Under the pieces are notes generated by a model, which worked only from the letters and a program-made list of their open reading frames with translations, had not been told where the DNA came from and made no database searches. From Setoptus koraiensis (lineage: Eukaryota; Animalia; Arthropoda), in the NCBI GenBank assembly GCA_048013815.1, contig CM106585.1:17546001-17610000 (forward strand): DNA of 64,000 bases, written 5' to 3'. Positions 53,717 to 64,000 of the stretch are shown in pieces. The position numbers and the translations under genes are program-made. How positions within the stretch are numbered: the first letter of the stretch is position 1; every line of letters begins with the position of its first letter.

Positions 53717-56700
53717 ATGGACCTAGCGGTGGCAACGGCGCCAATGAGCAACAGTAAATTGGCTTTAGGATCTCATGGCGATAACAAGCAAACTGATAGT
53801 GAAATAAATAAGACAACAATGGACAGCAAGGAGGATTCAACAACAACGAGACCGTCGTTACATAACAACAACAACAACAACAACAACAATACATTAACTG
53901 ATGATGATCGCAATGTGAGCGACAAAAAATCGCAACGTGCTGGTATTTCTGACGCTGTAACATTATCACTAGACCAAGACAAATTACAGCAACAACAATT
54001 AATGCATTTAAGACACAAACAACAACAGATATTAATATCAAGACAATTACAGCAACGTCATAGTAATCATCACAATGGTCATCATCATCATCACCACAAG
54101 CCTAGCATTTTTAAATTTGTTGACAAAACCAAAAGCAAACTCAATTGGTGGAGATGCGTTGTTTGTTTATCGCACAAAAGTCATAGGTTTTCCAATTCAA
54201 CATTAGTTCAAATATGCCAAGATTGGCTCTTTTTGGCTTTACTCGGTATTATAATGGCCCTGTTGAGTTTCTCGATGGACTCAGTGATAACTTTATTCCT
54301 AAGAACTAGATTATGGTTGTATAGCGACATTAGTGGCGACAATGTTTGCATTCAGTATTTAGGCTGGTGCACAATGCCAATAGTATTGGTGGCATTTAGC
54401 ACGGGCTTCGTGCACGTTTTTTCGCCCGCAGTAAGTGCTTATTTGTAATAATTATAGCTGATATCTTGTTAGTTTGTTTGGTTTTTGACCGAATCTTCAA
54501 AATCAAATCTTGCCCAAAAATCGATTTACTACGCTAAATTCCTAATAACTTGACCTATGCAAATCACATCAAATCAAATCAAATCACATCCGATCATAAC
54601 ATTAGGCAGTAGGATCTGGCATACCGGAAATGAAAACAATCTTGCGTGGAGTCATACTAAATGAATATCTTACATTTAGAACGCTCATTGGCAAAATAGT
54701 TGGATTGACCTTTACTCTGGGCAGTGGCAAGTAGCACGTTTCAACAAATCACCTACTAATGTTACACTTGTTTGTCACATAGTTATAACCTCACATTGCA
54801 AAACTAACTATTTCATCCAATTCTCATGAAAACAACTCACAACCTCGTAACCCAGGCTTGCCGCTTGGAAAGGAGGGACCCTTTGTGCATATGGCCTCAA
54901 TTGTTGCGACACTGTTAAGTAAATTGGTGGCCTCATTTCAGGGAATCTACGAGAACGAATCTAGAACTAGCGAGATGCTTTCGGCAGCTTGCGCTGTGGT
55001 AAGTAGGCACCAGATATTCATCAGATCAATTAGATTTAGTAGTTATGATCAAGCTCATTTAGTCAATAGATATCTAATCTTCGATTAACCCAATTTACTG
55101 GCCCAATTTACAATCCGCATGGCACACTTAGGGAGTGGCTGCAACATTCTATGCGCCCATAGGAGGGGTACTATTCTCTATCGAGATTACCACTGTCTAT
55201 TTCGCTGTCAGAAACTATTGGCGCGGATTCTTCGCAGCCTGTTGCGGCGCCACAATCTGGCGCCTGCTCTCTTTTTGGATCAAGAATGACGGTAAGTTAG
55301 CCTACAGGTTGTCATGATCTGGTATTAATTATATCAGTAAAATGAATAATAATGATAATTGACACTGTTTTAATACACAATTCCACTTCACAACAATGCT
55401 AAACCAGAATCAATATCGGCCATTTTCAAGACCAATTTCAAGCCTGATTTTCCATTCGATCCAATCGAATTGGTCGCCTTCTCATTCATTGGGGCCACTT
55501 GTGGTCTCGCTGGGGCTGCCTACATCAAGTTTCATCGGGAAATAGTGCAAGTGTTCAGGCGCCATCGAAGACTAAGCGAGTACCTCCACAACAAGTGAGT
55601 GTGTTATCTCTAGTTTGCCGCTCTTGTTTTCACCCAATTCAGCTCCCAGTTTGTGGGCTGAGACCAGTATGACTATGAGTATTATAGTTATAAGTGATTA
55701 ATTCAAATCTTTGTGCTCTTTTTTCTTGCTGGAACATTCTTTGTTGCATGAGGATAGTCGCTTTGTATATCCGATTGTGGTGACATTCATCATAACTAGT
55801 GTGACATTTCCTCCCTTTTTGGGCAAGTACACAGCCTCAACGGTAAGCATTCATCTGAACTAATTAATAGTCATTAATTACTAATTGGTTACATTGTATT
55901 GTCTCTAAGGCAATTGCCGCGAGGGAGAGTGATCGTGTTAAGCAGCTCCGATTAATTAGAGTCTCTCTGCGTTTTGTACAAACTAATTCGAATTGAATCA
56001 CCCAGCTTAGCACTCACGATACGATTGAGCAGTTGTTCAGCAACAAAACGTGGAGTCTGGATGAGCTAGATTTGGAAACAGAGACAATGCTCAATGATTG
56101 GACTACACCTAAAACTGGCTTTCATTTGCATCTCGTCATGTACATAGTGATGAAGTTTTGGACATCGGCTCTGGCATCCACCATACCCATACCTAGCGGC
56201 TTGTTTATACCTGTTCTAAAAATGGGCGCCGCCTATGGTAGGCTGCTTGGCGAGATAATGGCCCAATTGTTTCCCGATGGAATTCATTATGGCGATTATG
56301 TTCATCCGGCGGCCATTGTGCCAGGTAGTTATGCCGTTGTTGGCGCGGCCGCTTTCTCTGGTGCCGTTACACATACCATATCTACGTCTGTGATATTATT
56401 TGAAATGACTGGCCAAATTGTACACATTATACCAGTTATATTGGCTGTGTTAATTTCAAATGCTGTTTGTCAAAGTTTACAACCATCCATTTATGATTCA
56501 ATCATTGAGATGAAAAAATTACCTTATTTACCGCCAATAGCAAGCAGTAATAGTGTGTCACACAAGATATTAGTGCGAGATTTTATGACACAAAAAATAG
56601 CTTATATTTGGAAAGAAAAATGCACCTATAAAGATCTGAAGACAGTGTTACGATTACACAGAAGAGTAAACTCATTCCCGTTAGTTCAATCGTCTGAGAC

Positions 56701-58761
56701 AAAAATTCTGCTCGGTTCTATACCACGTGTTGACCTATTGAAATTGTTGTATCTCAAATTGAACAGAGAACAAAGATTGCAAGAGTTTCGGCGTAGAACA
56801 TCTATTGAAAATCAAAATCAAGCTCCTATGATCACAAGCAGACAACAAATCAACAACAACAACAACAAGTCAGATCAAGAGCAGTTTAATCGGCAACAAC
56901 CTGCAATCGACAATTCAACGTCGCAAGGCAATTCCGAAGTTGCTCTAACTTGCTCCACTAGCAACAACAGACAACAGATATTCTCATGTAGTAGCAACAA
57001 ACAATTTGAGGAAATGCCAGCACCAGTATCATCAACAACAAGCCAAACTATCATTCCGATGGAGAAACAAGCTCAATCTCAAGCAACAACGACAAACGAA
57101 ACAAATCGTTACGACAACAATGACAATGGAACAGTGGAGAAACTTAAATCCCGCAAACATTCAGATCATCATGAGTACGAAAAAATAGATGACACCATAG
57201 ACCCGCTTAACTTAGCCAGAACCTCTATTGCAAGGTCTGTAAATTTGTATAATAAAAATTCTATTTCAGAGCGAAACAACGATAATAGAATTAGAAAACA
57301 ATTGGAGATGAATATCTATTCAAGTGATATAGATGATGATGTTAGAGATATAATCACAACTAATTCATCGCGAACATTTCAAAAAGAAGACAACAGGGAA
57401 CAATTTTTAATTAGAATGACCACCATGAGTCAATCAACAGAATCACATAGCACATCAGTGTCAAGCGATGATGAGGCCAGTAGAAATTCGATTGAAGATA
57501 AAGTTACTGCAAGTATATCACCTGACCAAGATACCAATGCTACTTCAAGCAATCTATCATTGGCTGTTGATTTAGAGTCAGCATTGAAGGGTGTCAATAA
57601 TAATAACAACAATAACATCAATAGCAATAACGATAATAATAAATACATCAATACTAATAACAATTTCGATAAACTAAATGTAAGCGTATTGAATGCAGCA
57701 GAGACTAGACTGTCACCAACACGATCAATATTAAAATCAGGAGTGACTGATTACTCTAAAGAATTCAAAGATTCAAAAGTACAATACAATTTAGAGGGAT
57801 CGGGTCATAGGAAAAGACTGAGGTCTCTAACAAATAGAAAGGATTTGAACAATTCTAGTCCGGTGGTAAGTCACATACTAAACATAAGATCAACTTGAGA
57901 TATGAGTACGACAAATAAAATAATTGTCCCAAATAAATCATCTCTGACAAACAAAAATTCAGGAGACACCACGAAAGAAAAGAAGCGTCAGGTTACCTAG
58001 ATTGAGAGTGATAGATACTACACCAGAGGAACAAGAGGAATGGGAACAGGAACAATTACGAAGCTACGTTGACTTTTCCAGGTGTCAGGTGGACGCAGGT
58101 TGGTACTGATTGATTGCTTGAATATTTCGTTGCCAACTACACAAAGTACATCGTAGTAAGCTTGTTTGATTGGGTCCGTCTATTTTTTAATTTTTCGCAT
58201 TTGATTACATTCGCTTGATAGCTCCGTTCCAACTTGTGGAACAAACATCACTGTACAGGGTTCATACATTATTCTCCATGTTGGGTAAGTCATCTGAGAT
58301 CATCAAATAGATCCACAATTTGATTAGGCAAGAGTTGTAAGACATATACAATCAACACTCAATTGATTCTTCTCCTGTGCAACTCTCAGGACTCAACCAT
58401 GCTTATGTGACATCAGTGGGGAGATTGGTCGGAATTGTAGCGCTAAGAGATGTGAGTATATCGATGAAAGGAAAACAACTTCGTTTTGATCTGGAAGTTT
58501 TCAGCTCAATCACACATAATAATATGATTTGTAATATTTTCGCCACCTGATGGTTTTTCCTTTCTCTAGATTCGTCATGCTATAGAAGAGATGAATACTG
58601 GCGAAATAAATTTCAGAAAGAATATGAATAGGACCGAGACAGCACTAGATAAGAAGGCTTATGCGGCGCCAAATGGACGGTCTACTCATGGTGTATCCTG
58701 TGGTGTGCCGGACGAAAATCATCATACAAGCACTGACGAAGAGCTATATTCAAAACTCTAA
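53717..58761 (+). CDS. CLCN2: CLC chloride channel, ClC-2/ClC-a type, 11 exons
   Basis: [48 protein letters not shown], two CBS domains (second: [40 protein letters not shown]). Ten introns reconstructed in frame, one of them GC-AG. Confidence 0.93.
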
Positions 58762-58859
58762 AGAGGAGATAAATCTTGACATCATGGATGAATTGTCTAT
58801 ATGATATAATCTTTATTCTATCGACGCGATCCAAGAATTCTTGTACCCTCGATAGCATG

Positions 58860-60059
58860 CTATTTTCTAGACCTCCGACTATACTCACGGTCGCGGTCTT
58901 GGTCCCTCTCACGGTTTTTGTCGGCATCCCGATCACGGTCTCTATCTCGAACTCTATCGCGTTCGCGATCTCGATCCCTACTGCTTCGATCTCTATGAGT
59001 ATCGCGATCTCTCTTCCTATGACGATCTCTATCCCTAGATCTATCCCGGGGTCTACCACCCTTGTCTCTGTCCCTATTTCTAGAGCGACTCCTTCTTCTA
59101 TCTCTGGAGGTATCCTCACTTCGTCGCCTTGAGTGACTTCGTCCATACGATCTTGAGTGTGTGCGCTTTCTAATCAAGCCAGGTGAAGTGCTTCCATGCC
59201 TAAGGTCCATCATTTCGTAATCCTCGTCCCTATCTCTATCACGATCATTACTGTATTTAGATGGTTGATTTGTATCTAGCGTGGCTGATATTTGAGATTG
59301 TACTTCGCGCACCTTTCTCATGGCCTCCTCGACATCTTTGTCTGCTTGTTTAGGTTGAGGTTTCACAATTGCATTGTTAGAATGATTTATCTTTAAAGGC
59401 CTATTGCCAAATATAACGCCGTTGTATTGGAGGGCATTAGCCACTGAAGATTGATCAGTGAATTCAACAAAAGCAAATCTAGTTGGCTGAGAATCATCGC
59501 CGGCCATTCGAACAAATTTCACCTCACCTATGTCATTGAAAAATTTCAACACCTGCTCGGCGGGCAACGACGAATCTAAATTGCCTACATACACCGTTCT
59601 TCTAATTTCCTCTATTTTGGATGGGTCCATATTGGCTGGCAATTGGGGATATTGTGGCAGACCTAGTGCGGTTAATCTGGGATCTATTGTTGTGATAACT
59701 TGAGCTCCTCCAACTCCTGTCACCACCTGACTAACAACACCACAATTAGAGCCTGTTATGTGGGCTCCGTTTGCCACTGACATTGCCTCCTCTGCGCTAG
59801 GTATATCTTCATAAGGGTAGGGCAACACTATGAGAGCTCTATCGATAAATACTGTGTTGGTTAAATGTTGAGCTATTGGCACGCTCCACGGTTCAGCATA
59901 CTTTACAAAACATATCCTAGATCCATTCTCGTACAATTCTATTTGTAATACTTCACCAAGGTAGCCAAATAACGTAGATAATTGTTCCAAAGTAGCATTG
60001 GGTGCAACATTGGTCACCTGGACGACTGTGGGACCATCACAGGAGTCATCCTCGTGCAT
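58860..60059 (-). CDS. SREK1: SR-related splicing regulator, SREK1/SRSF11/Srp54 family, intronless, 399 aa
   Basis: RRM1 VVQVTNVAP...LTNTVFIDRALIV, RRM2 EEIRRTVYVGNLD...RFAFVEF, and an RS/RD-rich tail. Confidence 0.88.
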   Translation of the reverse strand: MHEDDSCDGPTVVQVTNVAPNATLEQLSTLFGYLGEVLQIELYENGSRICFVKYAEPWSVPIAQHLTNTVFIDRALIVLPYPYEDIPSAEEAMSVANGAHITGSNCGVVSQVVTGVGGAQVITTIDPRLTALGLPQYPQLPANMDPSKIEEIRRTVYVGNLDSSLPAEQVLKFFNDIGEVKFVRMAGDDSQPTRFAFVEFTDQSSVANALQYNGVIFGNRPLKINHSNNAIVKPQPKQADKDVEEAMRKVREVQSQISATLDTNQPSKYSNDRDRDRDEDYEMMDLRHGSTSPGLIRKRTHSRSYGRSHSRRRSEDTSRDRRRSRSRNRDRDKGGRPRDRSRDRDRHRKRDRDTHRDRSSRDRDRERDRVRDRDRDRDADKNRERDQDRDREYSRRSRK

Positions 60060-60277
60060 CTTATAATCTGATTATTAATATAATTTATTATAATTGATCG
60101 AACTTTTTATTGAGTATTAGTAACAGCCCAAGTTGAGCGTCATTATAAGTACAGCTGAATGGCCACATTCTGTATGGCCACAACTTCGAGGCGGGATATT
60201 TGAAAAAATGTACAGTCGATTCTATGTGCATACCGATGGATGCACGAGGGTCTAATCAATGTTTGGTTAATTTAATG

Positions 60278-61839
60278 TTAGTGTCGGATTGGGTAGTTGT
60301 TCCGAATCTGATAGTTGTGTAGGATTGGGTTGCTATGTTGATTTGTGATGTTGTGTTGATTCGAGATGTTGTGTTGATTCGAGATGTTGTGTTGATTCGA
60401 GATGTTGTGTTGATTTGAGATGTTGTGTTGATTTGAGATGTTGTGTTGATTTGAGATGTTGTGTTGATTTGAGATGTTGTGTTGATTTGGGATGATGTGT
60501 TGGTTAGGGATGTTGTGTTGATTTGAGATGTTGTGTTGATTTGGAATTATGTGTTGATTCCGTAAGTTGTGCTGAATTTGGTTGTTGTGTGGAGTCGAGT
60601 TGTTGTGCAGGGTCGGGTAGTTGTATCGAATTGGATGGTTATATTGAATCGGGTAGTTGTGGCGGTGTGGGTAGTTTTGTTGAATGGGGCTGTTGTGTTG
60701 ATTCGGGTTGTTGTGCCGAATGGGGTTGTTGTGTTGAATGGGATTGTTGTGCTGAATTGGATTGTTGTGATGAATGGGATTGTTGTGTTGAATGGGATTG
60801 TTGTGTTGATTCGGGTAGCTATGGCACTGGCAATGGGATGGCACTTGAGGAACTATGAATTGCTGATGGTTATTGTTGCTTTGTGCGGAATTGTTGTTTG
60901 CGCTGTTATTGTTGGTTGGCCCTAATCCTTGTGCTGGTCTTATTGTGATGATGAGATTGGAGATGTTGGCCAACATCATTTCAGTAACTTGGTCGAGTGT
61001 TTTACCTTCAGTAACTAAAATACCATTGACCTCTAGTATTTCGTCATTGACTGCTAGCAAGCCAGTGCTTTCAGCCAATCCACCTGGCACTACCTTACTA
61101 ATAAATATTCCACAGACATGTTCAACACCATTCCTTGTGATTCTTGTGTAAGTTCCATCTCTAATATAGAAGCCCAATGGTTTATCGGAGCCTCTCTTGA
61201 CCAATCTAACACGGCGACAATATTTAGGAACTGTGTCAACATCTATGATAGAGGAGACTTGTCTAAAATCCTCCGGCATACCAATGAAAGGCCTGTTGCC
61301 GTCGTCAGCAGATGGCGAGATCAAATTTGATAGAACATTGAAATTCTGCTTCTTTTTCTTGGTGAAGCTGTGATTATTTTGAATGACTCCCTCTTTTTCC
61401 ACAATCAACTTTAATAGTGGTCGAGGGCCGTTATTTAAATCGAAACAATTGCCGGCATTGTTTGAGTTGTTATTAGTGCCGTTAGTGACGTTGTTGTTGT
61501 GATGGCGAGCCAAAATGTATCTAATTGTTTTAGCTAAATTTTCGTCATTATTTATAGGCAAGAGACAATCCTCGTGGTCGAAATAGAAAATATCAAATCT
61601 TATTTCTTCAAGTTGATGAATGGTTTGTATTTTCGTCTTAAAACTATCAAAACTTTGAACTTCATTCGATTTAAGAGCATAACGACGGAATTCAACTCCG
61701 ATCTAAAATAGAAAAAGTGGTATGTGGTGGCATCAAATTAGTAATCAATATTAGTGACTTGCCAGATAGCAACAAATGGTTTCACCAACAAATGGTGTGA
61801 GGCACTCACCTTACTCTTGATGGATATTATATTGGTCAT
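60278..61839 (-). CDS. par-6: Partitioning defective 6, ~484 aa. Exons 61839..61810 and 61702..60278.
   Basis: Spliced PB1 (IKSK|IGVEFRRYAL...LLPINNDENL), semi-CRIB (IGMPEDFRQVSSIIDVD) and PDZ (KPLGFYIRDG...GGLAESTGLLAVNDE...KTLDQVTEM). Confidence 0.93.
60280..60820 (-). repeat. 18-bp coding minisatellite, ~29 units (QHNNPI/QHNISN), in the Par-6 tail
   Basis: Near-perfect gttgtgttgatttgagat units at ~60340..60560 and degenerate in-phase units on both sides. Confidence 0.93.
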
Positions 61840-62885
61840 ATTTATAAGTTGTAATTGGCAACGTGTTCTACAACTAGATACCCGGTGATAAAAATAAATT
61901 ACTTTCTATTTAAATTAGCTTTACACTTTCTAACAGTCTGATCAGTGATCAACTGCATTGTAAGGGGTGTCCGCAAAAAGATGCATCTTACCGACAACAA
62001 CCAAAGACATGGCTACACATAATGCGCACAGAGGGTGGGGGTAGGCAATGTTTTTTCCACCGTCCAAATATTTAATCACACGGTCGCAGACGATGACCAG
62101 TCCAGCCATCTCGAGCATTTTCTTCTAATGAGCATACTTTGTGCGTTTTATTTGAGCCAACTATACGGATTTACAGTGAAACTCCGACAGGGGCGTCGTC
62201 GTCGCTCGAAAACACTTTTCCAAGGATAGAATGTATCGGTAGGTGTTTATCTCTTGACTGATTCATCCGTACATGTCCGTGCCGTTCAGCCATGCAAATT
62301 TTTGAGTTACACTCAAATGCATAGAGCAGAAAGCTGACCAACGCCGCTCTTGCGGATCATTTTGAAAACTCGGATGAATCAAAAAGGGAATTGAAAGAGA
62401 AAACATCAGATATTGAATCTAAAGGTCGGATCGGGATGGCCCAGGCTGGATCGATAGCAGCTTATAGGGGGCGAGGTTCCCTCCAGTCGGCGAACCCGGT
62501 TATGCGAAATTAGTAAGCAACAAAAAACTAAATTGATTTTTTCTAGACAATCACGAATGTTATGTAAAACCATTGCTGTAAGGTCTGTTCTGTAAACTCA
62601 AACGTTTGGTTTCATCCAAAACAAATATCATCTGACATTGATCAACTACTTTTTATTATTTGAAGAATTCATCGGCTCAGATTTTTGTTGAACTCTTTCG
62701 GATTACATGGTTTTCTAAAAAAGCACATAGTCTGTTAATTAAACGTATCATAGTGCTCCCGGGTTTACTTGCCACGTGGATATTTCATTATTATTTTGAT
62801 TCTTTTCGGCTTTTTAACAATAATACCAGAAGACTGATGATATAATGTTGCAGTATCTATTCTTCTATGAGTTTCCCTCATCATA

Positions 62886-64000
62886 TCACTTGGTCTGTTG
62901 TTTATCTCCAGCTAGAGCGCGGCTTGCTAGAAAATTCTCAAACTCGGAGTTGGGTATGGATATTTGCTCAGAGCTTGAAAGTTGATTGTTAGAGTCAGTA
63001 GCTAACCACTTTTCTATCTCCTCAAAATCTTGCTCACGGACAGATGATATTTCTTCTGGTAATCTTGTAGAAGAGTTTGGAGTTGCTGTAGTTGCAACAG
63101 GTGTTATGTTCTTATTAAGTGACATTTTGTTTAAATTAGTTGCCACTTCTTCGACAGGCTCGTAGTTCGTCGGGCCCTTGCGATCACTATAGATGGAAGA
63201 TCTAGATTGTGCAAAAATATCGAAATCCGGATCTTCCGAAGTTCTAGTAGATGTGTTAGTTTTCGAGCTTGTCTGCTCGCCTCCCTCAGTGGATGATTTC
63301 GCTATTGAGCTGAGAACTGGGCCCACCGAATCTTTGACTAGTTGCTGTTTACTTGCGACACCTGATCTCTCGCTCTTGTCGCCACCACTGGCATCTTCAT
63401 CTTTAAAATCTATCAATGACAATTCAGTAGGCTGCTTTGGCGATGGAATGAACGGGGTGTTACTGGTTGTGCTCGACGCTTTAACAGGAGATGTTTCCGT
63501 TGTGCTTTTGATAGCTGGTTGCTCTTGATTCGAAGCTGCTGCCTTAGATGAGCTCTGTTGCTTCTTTAATAGTCGCTCATATTTAACGAAAGCATTATTC
63601 AGCTCATCGTTCAATCTTAGCAATTCGATGGTTAGATTTTCATTGGCTACCCATTCAATGAGATCCACGATGCGCACTTTCATTTGCCGACAACTATTAT
63701 TGAGTTCTTCTAACAAATTCCATTCTTCGGCATCATTTTTCACTGTTATTTGGCTCAGGATTTCATTGAAAACGTTTACACTAGATTGAACGACACTCAA
63801 ATCTTGACTGATTTTGTTATAACCCTCACTGTCCAACATGACAGGCGTATCTGGGTGTTGTTGTTGTTGCTGCTGTTGTGGCGAAGCAATTCTTCTAGGT
63901 TGGTTCATATTGTCGTAAAGATTTCCACTAAATATTTGCGTGGGACTGTCAGGACTACTACCACGATTATTCGAATTCAAGATTGCTACTGTTGGTTGGT
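62886..64000 (-). CDS. TOM1: TOM1/TOM1L adaptor, 3' part (GAT domain and C-terminus); 5' end lies outside the window
   Basis: GAT helices (LLEELNNSCRQMKVRIVDLI...ELLRLNDELNNAFVKYER), DFDIFAQSR, EEIEKWL, SEFENFLASRA. Frame is open to the window edge. Confidence 0.87.
   Translation of the reverse strand, partial: QPTVAILNSNNRGSSPDSPTQIFSGNLYDNMNQPRRIASPQQQQQQQHPDTPVMLDSEGYNKISQDLSVVQSSVNVFNEILSQITVKNDAEEWNLLEELNNSCRQMKVRIVDLIEWVANENLTIELLRLNDELNNAFVKYERLLKKQQSSSKAAASNQEQPAIKSTTETSPVKASSTTSNTPFIPSPKQPTELSLIDFKDEDASGGDKSERSGVASKQQLVKDSVGPVLSSIAKSSTEGGEQTSSKTNTSTRTSEDPDFDIFAQSRSSIYSDRKGPTNYEPVEEVATNLNKMSLNKNITPVATTATPNSSTRLPEEISSVREQDFEEIEKWLATDSNNQLSSSEQISIPNSEFENFLASRALAGDKQQTK

Noticed and set aside
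58682-59146. Alternative-frame and antisense ORFs over the SREK1 RD/RS tail
   Set aside because: Shadow frames of the repetitive RD/RS-coding sequence.
60340-60560. Regular repeats considered as a CRISPR-like array
   Set aside because: Eukaryotic context, no unique spacers, no cas genes; it is a coding minisatellite.
60523-60925. Cys-Cys periodic (metallothionein-like) and Val-rich plus-strand ORFs
   Set aside because: Antisense readings of the Par-6 18-bp coding repeat, with no independent evidence.
61960-61985. GGGTGTCCGCA, resembling SRP RNA or a mariner TIR start
   Set aside because: No remaining SRP structure and no partner inverted repeat seen.
62325-62513. 63-codon open frame after a possible acceptor between par-6 and TOM1
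   Set aside because: No credible start or upstream exon and no recognisable homology.

Overview
Eukaryotic DNA from a very compact invertebrate genome. It has short GT-AG introns of about 90-150 bp, many intronless housekeeping genes and intergenic gaps often under 300 bp. An acariform/eriophyoid-type mite is my inference; the sequence alone does not prove it. No rRNA, tRNA or CRISPR array was recognised. Gene order: HUWE1 3' end (+); an 11 kb microsatellite-rich non-coding tract; Runx-A (+); SPG7 (-); Runx-B (+); SDR16C-like dehydrogenase (-); a spacer with pseudogene/TE debris; APC13 (+); mRpS30 (-); PTP1B/PTP61F-like (+); Vta1 (+); Lifeguard/TMBIM (-); an orphan 525-aa secreted protein (+); a Mei-P26-type NHL gene (-); 5.7 kb of simple repeats; EDEM2 (-); a transposase relic; an allatostatin-C-like precursor (-); an 11-exon ClC-2 (+); SREK1/Srp54 (-); Par-6 (-); TOM1-like 3' end (-). 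Main oddities: (1) the Mei-P26 NHL propeller has no visible RING/B-box and is spliced to a PKG-like leucine zipper; (2) an oversized (~426 aa) AstC-like precursor ends in CFFNSISCF; (3) Runx is duplicated, one copy is cut down to Runt domain + WRPY, and an upstream element occurs three times, once inverted; (4) a 111-bp cassette lies upstream of both SPG7 and Vta1; (5) Par-6 has a ~29-unit His/Asn/Gln hexapeptide tail. Gene identities come from motif recognition from memory, not from database searches.
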